DNA of 61,368 bases, the filler included. It is 6 parts of 6 records of this genome, joined end to end, with 100 filler letters (N's around TTAATTAATTAA, not from the genome) between each part and the next. Parts side by side here need not be neighbours in the genome. Positions count along the whole stretch, not along the records: positions 8,788 to 31,201 come from DRR378314_800; 5 more parts are not named here. One strand, 5' to 3'. Both the position numbers and the translations under genes were made by a program. The notes beneath the pieces were generated by a model. That model saw only the letters and a list, made by a program, of their open reading frames with translations. It was not told the origin of the DNA and searched no databases. Of the stretch, positions 12,381-22,446 are shown piece by piece. How positions within the stretch are numbered: the stretch's first letter is position 1; every line of letters starts with the position of its first letter.

Positions 12381-13345
12381 TGCGACCGGCCTTAATTGGT
12401 GATATTGGCGGTACCAATGCCCGCCTGGCGCTCGTCACGCCAGGTGAGGTGACGCCCCACGATATTATTAATCTTCCCTGCGCGGACTACCCTGGGGTTA
12501 TCGACGCGATTCAGGACTACCTGGAGCGCGTGGGCGCCACGGGTGAAAATGCACCGGTGGAAGCCTGCTTGGCGTTTGCCTGCCCGGTTCACGCCGAGCG
12601 GGTCAAGATGACCAATAATCACTGGGATTTTATGAAAAGCGATGTTCAGCAGACGCTGAACCTATCGCTGTTTAAAGTGATTAATGACTTTACCGCACAG
12701 GCACTGGGCGTACCCCATGTGGACACCGACAACCTGGTGGAAGTGCAAGCAGGTGTGGCTCAGTCTCACTCTACCCGCTTGGTGATTGGCCCCGGCACAG
12801 GTCTGGGCGTTGCTGGCGTTTTTCCCGGCCAACACGCCTGGATACCGCTTCCCACCGAGGGCGGCCACGTCACGTTCGCCCCCACTGACAGCACCGAGCG
12901 GGCGCTGCTGGATGTTTTTCTACAGCGCTACCAACGGGTCAGCGTAGAACGTATTTTATGCGGCCAGGGCTTACTAGAGCTGTATCAGGCCCATTGTGCT
13001 CTGAACGAGCAAACGCCTAGCTGCACGACGCCAGCCGAAGTTACCCAAGCCGCCAACCAGGGTGACTCTATCGCCACCGCCAGCCTGCTGCGCTTTTTAA
13101 AAATCCTCGGCGATGTATGCGGCGACGCGACCCTAACAATGGGCGCAAGAGGCGGCGTTTATCTATGCGGCGGGATTTTACCGCGCCTACTGGAGTGGCT
13201 ACCCAAATCCGAACTGCGTGATAGCTTTGCGAACAAAGGCCGGATGGGCGCGTATAACGCCGATATTCCCGTGTGGATTGTTACTCACCCGTGGACAGGG
13301 CTGCTCGGCGCCGCCGAAGCGCTGCATAACGAAGAAGTCTTTTAA
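12380..13345 (+). CDS. glk: Glucokinase
   Basis: GDIGGTNARL, INDF, GPGTGLG, EGGH; start overlaps the edd stop. Confidence 0.97.
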   Translation: MRPALIGDIGGTNARLALVTPGEVTPHDIINLPCADYPGVIDAIQDYLERVGATGENAPVEACLAFACPVHAERVKMTNNHWDFMKSDVQQTLNLSLFKVINDFTAQALGVPHVDTDNLVEVQAGVAQSHSTRLVIGPGTGLGVAGVFPGQHAWIPLPTEGGHVTFAPTDSTERALLDVFLQRYQRVSVERILCGQGLLELYQAHCALNEQTPSCTTPAEVTQAANQGDSIATASLLRFLKILGDVCGDATLTMGARGGVYLCGGILPRLLEWLPKSELRDSFANKGRMGAYNADIPVWIVTHPWTGLLGAAEALHNEEVF

Positions 13346-13361
13346 CTTATTAGGAATGTCC

Positions 13362-14231
13362 ATGCCTGCTCACACCTTCGATGTGCCTTTTGTTCTCGGC
13401 ATGATGCGCCTGCATGAAGCACCAGAGATGCACCAGGCGAGCTATCTCGCCGACTGGATCGAAGCCCGTATCGAGCAGGGGTTGCACTGGTTCGACCATG
13501 CCGATATTTACGGGAACGGTGCGTGTGAGACGCTGTTTGGTCACGCGCTAAACACGCGCCCCGGACTGTCAAAACGGCTTAAGGTGGTGACAAAAGCGAG
13601 CATCGCCAACGATAACCCAGCCCACGGCTCTGGCAAGGTGAAACACTACAACGCCAGCCCGGATTATCTAAGCCGCGCCATCGACAATGCACTTAACCGC
13701 CTTGGCGTCGAGCGGCTAGATCACTTTTTAATTCATCGCCCTGACTTATTAATGAACGCAGAAGCAACTGGCCGTGCCCTTGATGATGCTATTGATGCAG
13801 GCAAAATTGGCGCTGCGGGCATTTCCAACCATTTGCCAAGTCAGTGGCGTAGGCTGCAAAACGCCATGCACCACCCTTTACGTGCCAACCAAATCGAGCT
13901 TTCCATTAGCCATAACGCCCCCCTGTTTGATGGTAGCTTTGATGATCTATGCGCCGACGGCCATTGGCCGATGGCCTGGTCACCACTAGCGGGCGGCACA
14001 CTAATGCAAGGCGACGTCGGTAACGTTCTTAACCGCGTAGCCCGAGAGCAAAACGGTACCTCTAACGCGTTAGCGCTGGCTTGGTTGCGATCACTGCCTG
14101 GTCGGCCGATTCCCGTTGTGGGCAGTGTGAAGCCTGAGCGTATTGCTGACATGCTCGACGGGCCTGAGACGCTCTCAAGAGAGACATGGTACGAGCTGTT
14201 AGAGGCCGCGCGGGGCCACTGCGTCGCGTAA
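13362..14231 (+). CDS. Aldo/keto reductase (YdhF-like)
   Basis: LGMMRL, FDHADIYG, LIHRPD, NQIELS, AWSPLAGG; start placed after an AGGA RBS. Confidence 0.88.
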   Translation: MPAHTFDVPFVLGMMRLHEAPEMHQASYLADWIEARIEQGLHWFDHADIYGNGACETLFGHALNTRPGLSKRLKVVTKASIANDNPAHGSGKVKHYNASPDYLSRAIDNALNRLGVERLDHFLIHRPDLLMNAEATGRALDDAIDAGKIGAAGISNHLPSQWRRLQNAMHHPLRANQIELSISHNAPLFDGSFDDLCADGHWPMAWSPLAGGTLMQGDVGNVLNRVAREQNGTSNALALAWLRSLPGRPIPVVGSVKPERIADMLDGPETLSRETWYELLEAARGHCVA

Positions 14232-14271
14232 CCCCTTCATCAATTAATAATATAATGACAAGGAATGACTT

Positions 14272-15231
14272 ATGACGCCGGTGATTGCTTTCGGTGAAGC
14301 CTTGGTTGATATGTTGTCCAGCCGCTTAGGCAATGACACTGGCCAAGAAACCTTCACGCCATACGCGGGCGGCGCGCCTGCTAACGTCGCGGTTGCCTGT
14401 GCCCGACTTAACGTACCCAGCCAGTTTTTAGGCATGGTGGGTGACGATACGTTTGGCCACTTCCTGATTCGTGAGCTGAAAAGCCATGGCATAGATACTC
14501 AGGGTGTGGTGTTGACCAAAGAGGCACGCACCGCGCTGGCGTTTGTTTCCCGGGACAGCAGCGGCGAGCGCACGTTTGATTTTTATCGCCCACCGGCGGC
14601 CGACCTGCTTTATCGCTTAGAGCACCTGCCCCACGGCGTGTTTGAACAACCGGCGATTGTTCACTTATGCAGCAACAGTTTGACTGACCCTGAGATTGCC
14701 GATACCACTTTAGCGATTGCCGCTATGGCAAAGCGCGCAGGCTGTTTAGTCAGCGTGGATGCCAACCTCCGTCACAATCTGTGGAGCGAAGGATCAGCCG
14801 ACCTCTGGCTGGTAACCGAGCTATTGGATAGCGCCGAGCTCGTTAAAGTCTCATTAGATGAGCTTGATTATCTTCGTGGCGGGCATTCTCAGGAAGCGTG
14901 GCTATCTCAGCGACTAGCCGCCGGGGTAAAAGTAATTTTAATCACCGACGGCCCTAACAAGGTGGTGCTGAAAGGTGTTGGCCTTGACCACACCATCACA
15001 CCGCCCCAAGTGACCGCTGTTGACACTACGGCTGGCGGTGATGCGTTTATTGGCGGCCTGCTGGCTGAGCTTTCACGGCACGGAATTGATGAGAACTGGT
15101 ACCAGGACAGTGACTTTCTAACCCGCGCGGTGGATATTGCCTGCCGCTGTGGTGCTCACGCAGTGACCCGCCCAGGCGCCTACGCCGCACTGCCGACCCA
15201 TAGTGATATTGAAGCGCTAAGAAATACGTAA
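14272..15231 (+). CDS. PfkB-family carbohydrate kinase, probably fructokinase
   Basis: FGEALVD, GGAPANVAV, VDTTAGGDAF; next to a GH32 gene. Confidence 0.88.
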   Translation: MTPVIAFGEALVDMLSSRLGNDTGQETFTPYAGGAPANVAVACARLNVPSQFLGMVGDDTFGHFLIRELKSHGIDTQGVVLTKEARTALAFVSRDSSGERTFDFYRPPAADLLYRLEHLPHGVFEQPAIVHLCSNSLTDPEIADTTLAIAAMAKRAGCLVSVDANLRHNLWSEGSADLWLVTELLDSAELVKVSLDELDYLRGGHSQEAWLSQRLAAGVKVILITDGPNKVVLKGVGLDHTITPPQVTAVDTTAGGDAFIGGLLAELSRHGIDENWYQDSDFLTRAVDIACRCGAHAVTRPGAYAALPTHSDIEALRNT

Positions 15232-15241
15232 CGTCTGTAGC

Positions 15242-15270
15242 AAAAAAAGGGCGTGCAACAGCACGCCCTT
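15242..15270 (-). terminator. Intrinsic terminator between the convergent kinase and GH32 genes
   Basis: AAGGGCGTGC-aaca-GCACGCCCTT stem with an A-run on the left (U-tract on the minus strand). Confidence 0.85.
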
Positions 15271-15297
15271 AACTATGTAATTACACGCTAAATCCTA

Positions 15298-16794
15298 CTA
15301 ACGCGCTACCGCTTCTTTACTCGATACCACACGGCCACCGAGCAACCCTGCGCGGCCTTCCAAGACGCTGACCTCAATCGAGCCTGCTGTTTGAGTTGTA
15401 AAGCTCACCTGGGTAATCGCTCGTTGTTGCGTATCACCGTTCACCAGAATCTCCAGCGAGCCATGATCACACCACCACTCTAGCGTGATCGTTAAACCAT
15501 CAACGCTGCCCGCCGCATGGTCACAGGCGAAATGGTCATCGAAAGCTGCTTGTCCGTTCACGCCTCTACGCGTGTAGCGAAGTGCAACATCCTCTTCTAC
15601 CGCTTCAAGCATGAGCTGTTGATGATCTCCCTGCTGAAGCGACAACGCCACTCGGCTGCCAGCCGTTAAGGTCAGTTCAAGCACACCACGACTTACCGGT
15701 GGCAACGAGGTTAAGACGCTATATTGCCCAACACCCAGCATCGCCTGTGGCGGGATAGTATGCGGTACGGCTGTCAGCGCCTCATGGCACTCGCTGGCGA
15801 TACGTTGGCAAAGCTGAATGCCGCTCGATGTCGCACGCAGGGTTAACTCTCTGGGCAGACTCATCATTCCCCGCCAGCCAGCTTCAGGCGCATGATTGGC
15901 ATACTGCCAATTATTCAGCCAAGCCACGGCTAAACGGCGCCCCGGAATATTCGACCAGCTCTGCACGGCGTAAAAGTCACGTCCTTCATCCATCATCATG
16001 ACGTCATCAGGCGAGTGGTCGTTAGTAAAACGCTGGCCGTCGAACTCGCCCACAAAATATTGCGTGAACGAGCCAAAGGCATTATCTGGCGTAGCCCCAA
16101 TGCCAACGATTAATACCCAGCGGCTAGATAGCTGCCCATTGCTAGCGCCTTCCACTGTCAGCTCGAACAAATCGGGGCACTCCCAAGGGTGCTGAGTATG
16201 CGCGCCGTGGCCCTCGCCAAACGCACTGGCAAACTGCCAGCCCAATAGGTTTTGCGAGGTGTAAAAATGAATTTCCTGACCACAAGCCAGCGCCATTACC
16301 CAACGCTGGGTAGCGGCATGCCACAACACTTTTGGGTCACGAAAATCTTTAAACCCTGGCGCGGGTAGCACGGGGTTATTGGCGTACTGATGCCAAGTGC
16401 GCCCCTTGTCGCGGCTATAAGCCAAACACTGTGACTGCTCATAATCCTCAGGGTCATCGGAAAGCACTCGGTGGCAGGTATAAAACGCCAGCAGCCCCGG
16501 CTGGCCGTCAAACAGCCCCGTCACATCATGCTCATCCACGATGGCACTACCTGAAAAACACGCCCCTTGGGCGTCTGGCATCAGTGCAATAGGTAAGTGT
16601 TCCCAACGGCAAAGATCGGTGCTTACCGCATGCCCCCAGTGCATGGCCCCCCATACCGTGTCGTGGGGATGGTATTGATAAAAGAGATGATACTCCCCTT
16701 CGAAATATACAAGCCCGTTGGGGTCATTCATCCAGCCAGTAGACGGCGTAAAATGCAGCGTTGGCCTAAGAGGAGTAAATTTGACGAGATTCAA
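15298..16794 (-). CDS. GH32 beta-fructofuranosidase/levanase-like glycosidase
   Basis: Catalytic motifs WMNDPNG, FRDP and WECP; no signal peptide seen. Confidence 0.94.
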   Translation of the reverse strand: MNLVKFTPLRPTLHFTPSTGWMNDPNGLVYFEGEYHLFYQYHPHDTVWGAMHWGHAVSTDLCRWEHLPIALMPDAQGACFSGSAIVDEHDVTGLFDGQPGLLAFYTCHRVLSDDPEDYEQSQCLAYSRDKGRTWHQYANNPVLPAPGFKDFRDPKVLWHAATQRWVMALACGQEIHFYTSQNLLGWQFASAFGEGHGAHTQHPWECPDLFELTVEGASNGQLSSRWVLIVGIGATPDNAFGSFTQYFVGEFDGQRFTNDHSPDDVMMMDEGRDFYAVQSWSNIPGRRLAVAWLNNWQYANHAPEAGWRGMMSLPRELTLRATSSGIQLCQRIASECHEALTAVPHTIPPQAMLGVGQYSVLTSLPPVSRGVLELTLTAGSRVALSLQQGDHQQLMLEAVEEDVALRYTRRGVNGQAAFDDHFACDHAAGSVDGLTITLEWWCDHGSLEILVNGDTQQRAITQVSFTTQTAGSIEVSVLEGRAGLLGGRVVSSKEAVAR

Positions 16795-16807
16795 TGTAAA
16801 AAACCCT

Positions 16808-16825
16808 AACTTAATCGATTAAGTT
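16808..16825. promoter_or_regulatory. Putative LacI-family operator for the GH32 gene
   Basis: Perfect 18-bp palindrome AACTTAATCGATTAAGTT with central CG, 14 bp upstream of the start. Confidence 0.7.
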
Positions 16826-17030
16826 GAGGCTATCACGCTTTTTTCTTCCCGGCTCTAGGTTTAGTACGAAAGCTCGGCTAAAGGAGGGTAAACAAGGGAA
16901 AAATTAACAAAAAACCATCACGCTGCCTATTCCTGCACTTCCTCGATGGCACTGAATAGAGATTGATCTAGCCGGGTCGATCTTTACGATGATTCAAAGA
17001 CTCAAACGTCGACATGGCACGAGAGGTTCT

Positions 17031-17843
17031 TCAAGCACTATCGACAGTGAACCTGCCAGGCTCCGCCTCCCACTGACCGTGCATATACTTCAGTGGCGTC
17101 ATCCCTGTGTGCTGACGGAAGAAATGAATAAAGGCGCTGTCCGAAGAGAACCCCAACAGGTAGGCCACATCGTTAACCTGACGTTGCATTGATAGCAGTT
17201 CGATAGCCGCAAGCAGACGCCATTGCTGGCGCCAGGCCTGGTAGCTCATCCCGGTTTCACGGCAAAAAATCCGGCTGACTGTCTTAGCACTAGCACCAAA
17301 CTCTCCTGCAAGCGAAATTAGAGTCGGCGGCAACTCCCCCTCAGGGCTCCAGCGTTCAACCAGCGCCTTCAAACGCGGGTGTAACGGTAGCGTCAGTTGC
17401 AGTGCCTCACGCTCAGCCTGCTGCATCTCTTCTATAAACAATGCCAGCGTGTTGTGCGTACTAACATCCGTTATATCCCAAGGCCACCAGGCCATACGTT
17501 CGATCAGTGCGCGCAAAAGCTCATTCACCACGACCACTTTCACCTCCTGGCCAAGTAACTGAGACACCTCGAGGCTGAAGTAGACGGAGCGATATGACAC
17601 CACATTGGTCATCATCGCCTGATGCTTAACCCCAGCAGGGATCCACGCCGCTCGAGTTGGCGGCAACACGCATCGCTGACCATCAAGCACAATGCGCATA
17701 CACCCACGGGGGGCATACAGCAGTTGCCCTTTGGCGTGACTGTGCATACCTGAATCATGGCGACCGACCTCGGCGGCAATTCCCACCACGTTGCCGACTA
17801 CCAAGTCCGGGTTAAAAGACTGCTGCTGGTTGATCAGTGCCAC
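17031..17843 (-). CDS. AraC-family regulator with N-terminal cupin
   Basis: HSHAKGQLLY and C-terminal VAYLLGFSSDSAFIHFFRQHTGMTP; GTG start inferred. Confidence 0.9.
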   Translation of the reverse strand: MALINQQQSFNPDLVVGNVVGIAAEVGRHDSGMHSHAKGQLLYAPRGCMRIVLDGQRCVLPPTRAAWIPAGVKHQAMMTNVVSYRSVYFSLEVSQLLGQEVKVVVVNELLRALIERMAWWPWDITDVSTHNTLALFIEEMQQAEREALQLTLPLHPRLKALVERWSPEGELPPTLISLAGEFGASAKTVSRIFCRETGMSYQAWRQQWRLLAAIELLSMQRQVNDVAYLLGFSSDSAFIHFFRQHTGMTPLKYMHGQWEAEPGRFTVDSA

Positions 17844-17941
17844 TGTCTTATTTTCGACATATTTGGTTTGAATAACGTTATTTGAACAACACAAGACTAA
17901 GTAAGCTAGCACCACGTTTCAAGAGACATGGAATCGTTACG

Positions 17942-19063
17942 ATGAACCCGCTACTTTTTTTGATCCTGGCACTGATGATGTTCCCCCAGGTGGTCGAGAC
18001 TATCTACAGCCCTGCACTACCGTCGATGGCGAGCTTTTTCGGCGTATCAGCCTCCACTGCGGGTCTGACTCTCTCCTGCTATTTTTTAGTATTTGCCTTC
18101 GGCGTAGTGTTCTGGGGCATGATGGCGGACAAGCTAGGTCGTCGCTCGGCAATGCTGCTTGGGCTGGGGTGCTACGCACTCGGTTCCGGCATTGCTATCT
18201 ACGCTCCAGATTTTCATTGGCTACTGCTAGCCCGAGCGCTAAGCGCCTTTGGCGCGGCGACCGGCTCTGTGGTCTGCCAGACAATCTTGCGTGACCGCTG
18301 GCAGGGAGCGAAACTGGCGCAGATTTTCTCTTACATGGGAATGGGTATCGCCCTTAGTCCGGTGGTCGGTCTGTTTACTGGCGGGCAGTTGGTCAGCTTT
18401 GGTGGTCATCAGGCAGTGTTCAGCGCACTGCTTGTGCTGGCACTCCTGCTGCTTGCCATCACCGCTAAAATACTGCCAGAAACCCGTCAGGTACAGGTGC
18501 CTGTTGACCTAGTCACGCTAGGAAAACAGATGGTGAAAGACGCTGCGCTATGGCGCGATGTCATTCTGGTAGCCTGCTTTAACGTACTGCTGTTTGGCTA
18601 TTATCTACAGGGCCCATTCCTATTTGATAGGCTTGGACTGAGCGCGCAGGCGTTCGGTTACAGCGGGTTAGCGCTGGCAACCGGCAGCATACTTGGCAGC
18701 TATGCCAACAAGACGCTACTCAAGAATGGCGGGGGCCCTCACCAACTTATCGCCCGAGCCTGTCAACTAGCGGTGGTCAGCGCCCTGGGCGTCTACACCC
18801 TGCAATCTTCCTTGCTATTCCTGTTACCGATGATGGGTATAGCAGCAGCGTTTGCGGTGGCTATTCCCAATATCCTCAGCCGAGCACTTAAAAACTACCA
18901 GCAGCAGTTGGGCAGCGCGGGCGCCCTATTCGGCCTCGGCTACTACCTGCTAATAGGAGTAGGGCTCGGAGCCAGCAGTTGGCTAAATAATATGGGCCAG
19001 AGTGCATTACTGTGTGCCATCACGGCACTACTCGCCACGCGCTGGGAAAGGTCGCGCCGGTAG
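17942..19063 (+). CDS. MFS drug:H+ antiporter (Bcr/CflA-like)
   Basis: ETIYSPALP, GMMADKLGRR motif A, many TM segments; divergent from the AraC gene. Confidence 0.9.
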   Translation: MNPLLFLILALMMFPQVVETIYSPALPSMASFFGVSASTAGLTLSCYFLVFAFGVVFWGMMADKLGRRSAMLLGLGCYALGSGIAIYAPDFHWLLLARALSAFGAATGSVVCQTILRDRWQGAKLAQIFSYMGMGIALSPVVGLFTGGQLVSFGGHQAVFSALLVLALLLLAITAKILPETRQVQVPVDLVTLGKQMVKDAALWRDVILVACFNVLLFGYYLQGPFLFDRLGLSAQAFGYSGLALATGSILGSYANKTLLKNGGGPHQLIARACQLAVVSALGVYTLQSSLLFLLPMMGIAAAFAVAIPNILSRALKNYQQQLGSAGALFGLGYYLLIGVGLGASSWLNNMGQSALLCAITALLATRWERSRR

Positions 19064-19082
19064 CCCCTACCTGGCGCACCAC

Positions 19083-19114
19083 AAAAAAGCCCGAGCATGG
19101 CAATATGCTCGGGC
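19083..19114 (-). terminator. Intrinsic terminator of zwf-pgl-eda
   Basis: GCCCGAGCAT/ATGCTCGGGC stem preceded by A6. Confidence 0.85.
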
Positions 19115-19189
19115 AAATGACTTACCCACACGACCCGATATCAGTGAGGCAAGTAACGAGAGTGCTCGTGTCGATTTACATCGTATTCG

Positions 19190-19852
19190 TTAGTGGTGAA
19201 AACGCTCAGCGGCCTGACGGGCCAGCTCGCGAATACCGTCCCAATCCTCTGCTTCAACCATGGCTTTCGGCGTTAGCCAAGAACCGCCTACACACATAAC
19301 ATTGGGTAGTGAAAGGTAGGTTTCAGCGTTATCAACCGTGATACCGCCGGTTGGGCAAAAGCGTGCTTCGGGAATCGGCGCGCCAAAGGCTTTAATGGCT
19401 TTGGCACCACCGCTGGACTCAGCCGGGAAAAACTTGAAGCGGCGATAGCCGTACTGCCAGCCTGTCATCAGCTCAGAGATCGTTGATACGCCGGGCAACA
19501 TCGGCACCGGGCTCTCTACGCCATAGCGATAAAGCGCTTCTGTCGCGCCGGGTGTCACTACAAAATCCGCACCTACCTGTTCAGCTTGGCGGTATTGCGC
19601 GGGCGTTAACACGGTACCTACACCGATGCTGGCTCCCGGCAGCGCTTCTTTCATGCGTTTAATTGCTTCCAACGCGCAGTCGGTACGCAAGGTAATTTCC
19701 AACACGCTTAAGCCACCTTCAACCAAGGCGCGACCTAGCGGTACCGCATCTTCAAGACGCTCAACGGTAATCACCGGAATGACCTCAGCCTTTAAGCAAA
19801 TGCTGTCAAGCTCGGCAGTGCGCGTTGAGGGTAGCTGTTTATCGATTGTCAT
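19190..19852 (-). CDS. eda: KDPG/KHG aldolase
   Basis: LEITLRT, GVGTVL, FKFFPA, FCPTGGI, VGGSWL. Confidence 0.97.
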   Translation of the reverse strand: MTIDKQLPSTRTAELDSICLKAEVIPVITVERLEDAVPLGRALVEGGLSVLEITLRTDCALEAIKRMKEALPGASIGVGTVLTPAQYRQAEQVGADFVVTPGATEALYRYGVESPVPMLPGVSTISELMTGWQYGYRRFKFFPAESSGGAKAIKAFGAPIPEARFCPTGGITVDNAETYLSLPNVMCVGGSWLTPKAMVEAEDWDGIRELARQAAERFHH

Positions 19853-19909
19853 CAGTGAGTCTCCAAGCAATTTTTATTGGCAAACGCTTTATTGGCGTAA
19901 GCCCAGGCG

Positions 19910-20575
19910 TTACGGCGCCCAGTAGATCGCTAACGGGCAAGATAAAAACGCGCGAATCGGCAGCTTACGGACATCATCACCATTCATGGCGTTTGCCAAT
20001 ACGCTGCGCTTATCATCGCCAGTAATATGTAAAATATGTCGATGCGCCTGATGCAGGCGATCTGCCGAGAAGGTAATACGCGGCTGCGGCTGACTAGGCG
20101 TGCGTACCGCGACAAGCGGCTCATCGGTAGAGAGCGCTAAACCTAGTTCTAGGCTGTCGGGGAACAGCGACGCCGTATGGCCATCGCCTCCCATTCCCAA
20201 GATCACAACGCTGGCGGGCCAAGGCAGAGATGCCGTGCGTTTGGCAACCTCATCAACCCCCTCTTCCGGCGTCGAGGCATCCGAGGTTAGCGGTACGAAG
20301 TTGGCGTTCGCCGCCGCTCCTTGAAGCAAGTTTTCGTGCACCAGCTTGGCATTGCTATCGCTACTTTCCTCATCCACCCAGCGCTCGTCGGCCAAGGTGA
20401 TATCAATGCGCTCCCAAGGCAGCGGTTTGGCTGCCAGCGCTTTAAAAAAAGGCACCGGCGTAGAGCCACCCGAGACGACTAGTAGCGCGCGCTCTTGGCG
20501 GCTCAAGTCTTCGGCCAATGCCTGGAAGACCGCTTCTGCCAGCTGTTGTGCTAGCGCTTGACGTGCTTCGCTCAT
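19910..20575 (-). CDS. pgl: 6-phosphogluconolactonase
   Basis: VSGGSTP, ADERWV, LGMGGDGHTASLFP; lies between zwf and eda. Confidence 0.96.
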   Translation of the reverse strand: MSEARQALAQQLAEAVFQALAEDLSRQERALLVVSGGSTPVPFFKALAAKPLPWERIDITLADERWVDEESSDSNAKLVHENLLQGAAANANFVPLTSDASTPEEGVDEVAKRTASLPWPASVVILGMGGDGHTASLFPDSLELGLALSTDEPLVAVRTPSQPQPRITFSADRLHQAHRHILHITGDDKRSVLANAMNGDDVRKLPIRAFLSCPLAIYWAP

Positions 20576-20576
20576 A

Positions 20577-22070
20577 TTAATAGTCCTCGTACCAACTGCG
20601 GCCATCTTGGGTAATCATGGCGATGGAGGCGACTGGCCCCCAAGAGCCTGCCGGATAACGGCGCGGCGGGGTTTCGCGGGCGTTCCAACCGTCGATGAGT
20701 TGGTCGCACCAACGCCAAGCGTGCTCAACTTCGTCTCGGCGCACGAACAGATACTGTTGGCCTTTCATGACTTCCAGTAGCAAGCGCTCATAGGCATCTG
20801 GGATACGTGATTTGGGGAACGCGCTGTTAAAGTCCAGGTGCAACGGACCAGGACGCAGACGCATGCCTTTATGCAAACCGCTGTCTTTGGTGAGCACCTG
20901 AAGCGCGATCCCTTCATCCGGCTGCAGGCGAATGATCAGCTTGTTAGACGCAATCCCCCGCTGATCAGGATCAAAAATGTAGTGCGGCTGCTGGCGGAAG
21001 TGGATCACGATTTGGGACAGTTTTTCAGGCATGCGCTTACCGGTACGCAGGTAGAACGGCACACCCGCCCAGCGCCAATTTGAAACCTCGGTTTTCATTG
21101 CCACAAAGGTTTCGGTCTGACTTTGGGTATTCGCCCCTTCTTCTTCCAGGTAGCCGGGTACCGGCTGACCATCGTTGGTGCCCGCAGTATATTGCCCACG
21201 AACTACATCACGCCCCAGCGCTTCACCGGTAAACGGCTTTAGGGCTTTCAGCACTTTTACTTTCTCATCACGAATCGCGTCGGCATCCAGGTTGGAAGGC
21301 GGGTCCATGGCAATCAAGCATAGCAATTGGAGCAAGTGGTTTTGCACCATATCGCGAAGCTGCCCGGCATCATCGAAGTAGCCCCAGCGCCCTTCAATGC
21401 CGACCTTTTCTGCAACGGTAATTTCCACATGGGAAATGTGGTTCTGATTCCATTGCGTCCCGAATAACGGGTTAGCAAAGCGCAGCGCAATCAGGTTCTG
21501 TACCGTTTCTTTACCTAAATAGTGGTCAATACGGTAAATACGCGACTCAGGAAAAACGGCCCCAATAGCGTCGTTAACTTCTTCTGATGACACTAGATCG
21601 TAGCCGATGGGCTTCTCAACGATGACCCGCGTTTGCTCGTCCAGGCTGCCACTCGCCTCAAGGTTGCGGCAAATATCGCCGTAGATCATTGCGCCAACGG
21701 ATAAATAAACCACCATGGGGCGATCAGAGCCTTCGCGCCATTCACGTATTTGCTCAAAACCCTCAGCTTTTTTGAAATCCAGCTGGCAATAGTCAAGCCG
21801 ATTTAGAAAACGCTCGAGACTCTCTTTATCCTGCTCATCTTTTTTTAGCCGCTTTTGCAGCGCGCCGCTGACCAATTGGCGGAATGCAGCGGTGTCATGC
21901 GCTTGACGTGCCAGCCCCATAATCCGCGTGCTTGCGGGCATTAAGCCCTCACGGTCAAGGTGATAAAGCGCAGGAAACAGCTTGCGCATCGCAAGATCGC
22001 CCAGCGCCCCAAACAGCGCTAAATCAATAGCGTGTTTCTGATCGCCCAGCGGGGAATGTGACTGGCTCAT
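20577..22070 (-). CDS. zwf: Glucose-6-phosphate 1-dehydrogenase
   Basis: [30 protein letters not shown]. Confidence 0.98.
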   Translation of the reverse strand: MSQSHSPLGDQKHAIDLALFGALGDLAMRKLFPALYHLDREGLMPASTRIMGLARQAHDTAAFRQLVSGALQKRLKKDEQDKESLERFLNRLDYCQLDFKKAEGFEQIREWREGSDRPMVVYLSVGAMIYGDICRNLEASGSLDEQTRVIVEKPIGYDLVSSEEVNDAIGAVFPESRIYRIDHYLGKETVQNLIALRFANPLFGTQWNQNHISHVEITVAEKVGIEGRWGYFDDAGQLRDMVQNHLLQLLCLIAMDPPSNLDADAIRDEKVKVLKALKPFTGEALGRDVVRGQYTAGTNDGQPVPGYLEEEGANTQSQTETFVAMKTEVSNWRWAGVPFYLRTGKRMPEKLSQIVIHFRQQPHYIFDPDQRGIASNKLIIRLQPDEGIALQVLTKDSGLHKGMRLRPGPLHLDFNSAFPKSRIPDAYERLLLEVMKGQQYLFVRRDEVEHAWRWCDQLIDGWNARETPPRRYPAGSWGPVASIAMITQDGRSWYEDY

Positions 22071-22101
22071 CTCAGCTCCTATTTATAATTAGATGATCTA
22101 A

Positions 22102-22171
22102 TGTAGTTAGATTACCTAAAATCTATCTGATATCGGGCATTATACGCAACATTACATGTAATTTTACTACA
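22102..22171 (-). promoter_or_regulatory. Two putative HexR operators upstream of zwf
   Basis: TGTAGTTAGATTACC (22102-22116) and TGTAATTTTACTACA (22157-22171). Confidence 0.75.
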
Positions 22172-22303
22172 AAAAAATAGCGTTGCCTCCCCAATTACGT
22201 CTTTTAACGTTATTTACGTCTCTCTTTAAGTAGTGCCGTCTCTGAGCAGCACCGATGCCGACACCTAACGTTATACCGCTTTATTGTTACCTTTCATTCC
22301 ACT

Positions 22304-22348
22304 CTACGCCCCTTGGATACGCCATCGCTACGCCCCTTGAGGATGAGG
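22304..22348 (+). promoter_or_regulatory. Putative MalT-type activator boxes upstream of malE
   Basis: Exact direct repeat CTACGCCCCTTG at 22304-22315 and 22328-22339, a partial TACGCC between them, and GGATGAGG at 22341-22348. Confidence 0.55.
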
Positions 22349-22446
22349 TGACGTTGCGCGTAATTGGCGACGCTGGCACTGACTAAAGCGCTGCTCATCA
22401 AAATATTCGCAGCACTCTACGACAACAACAATGAGGTATTTACATT

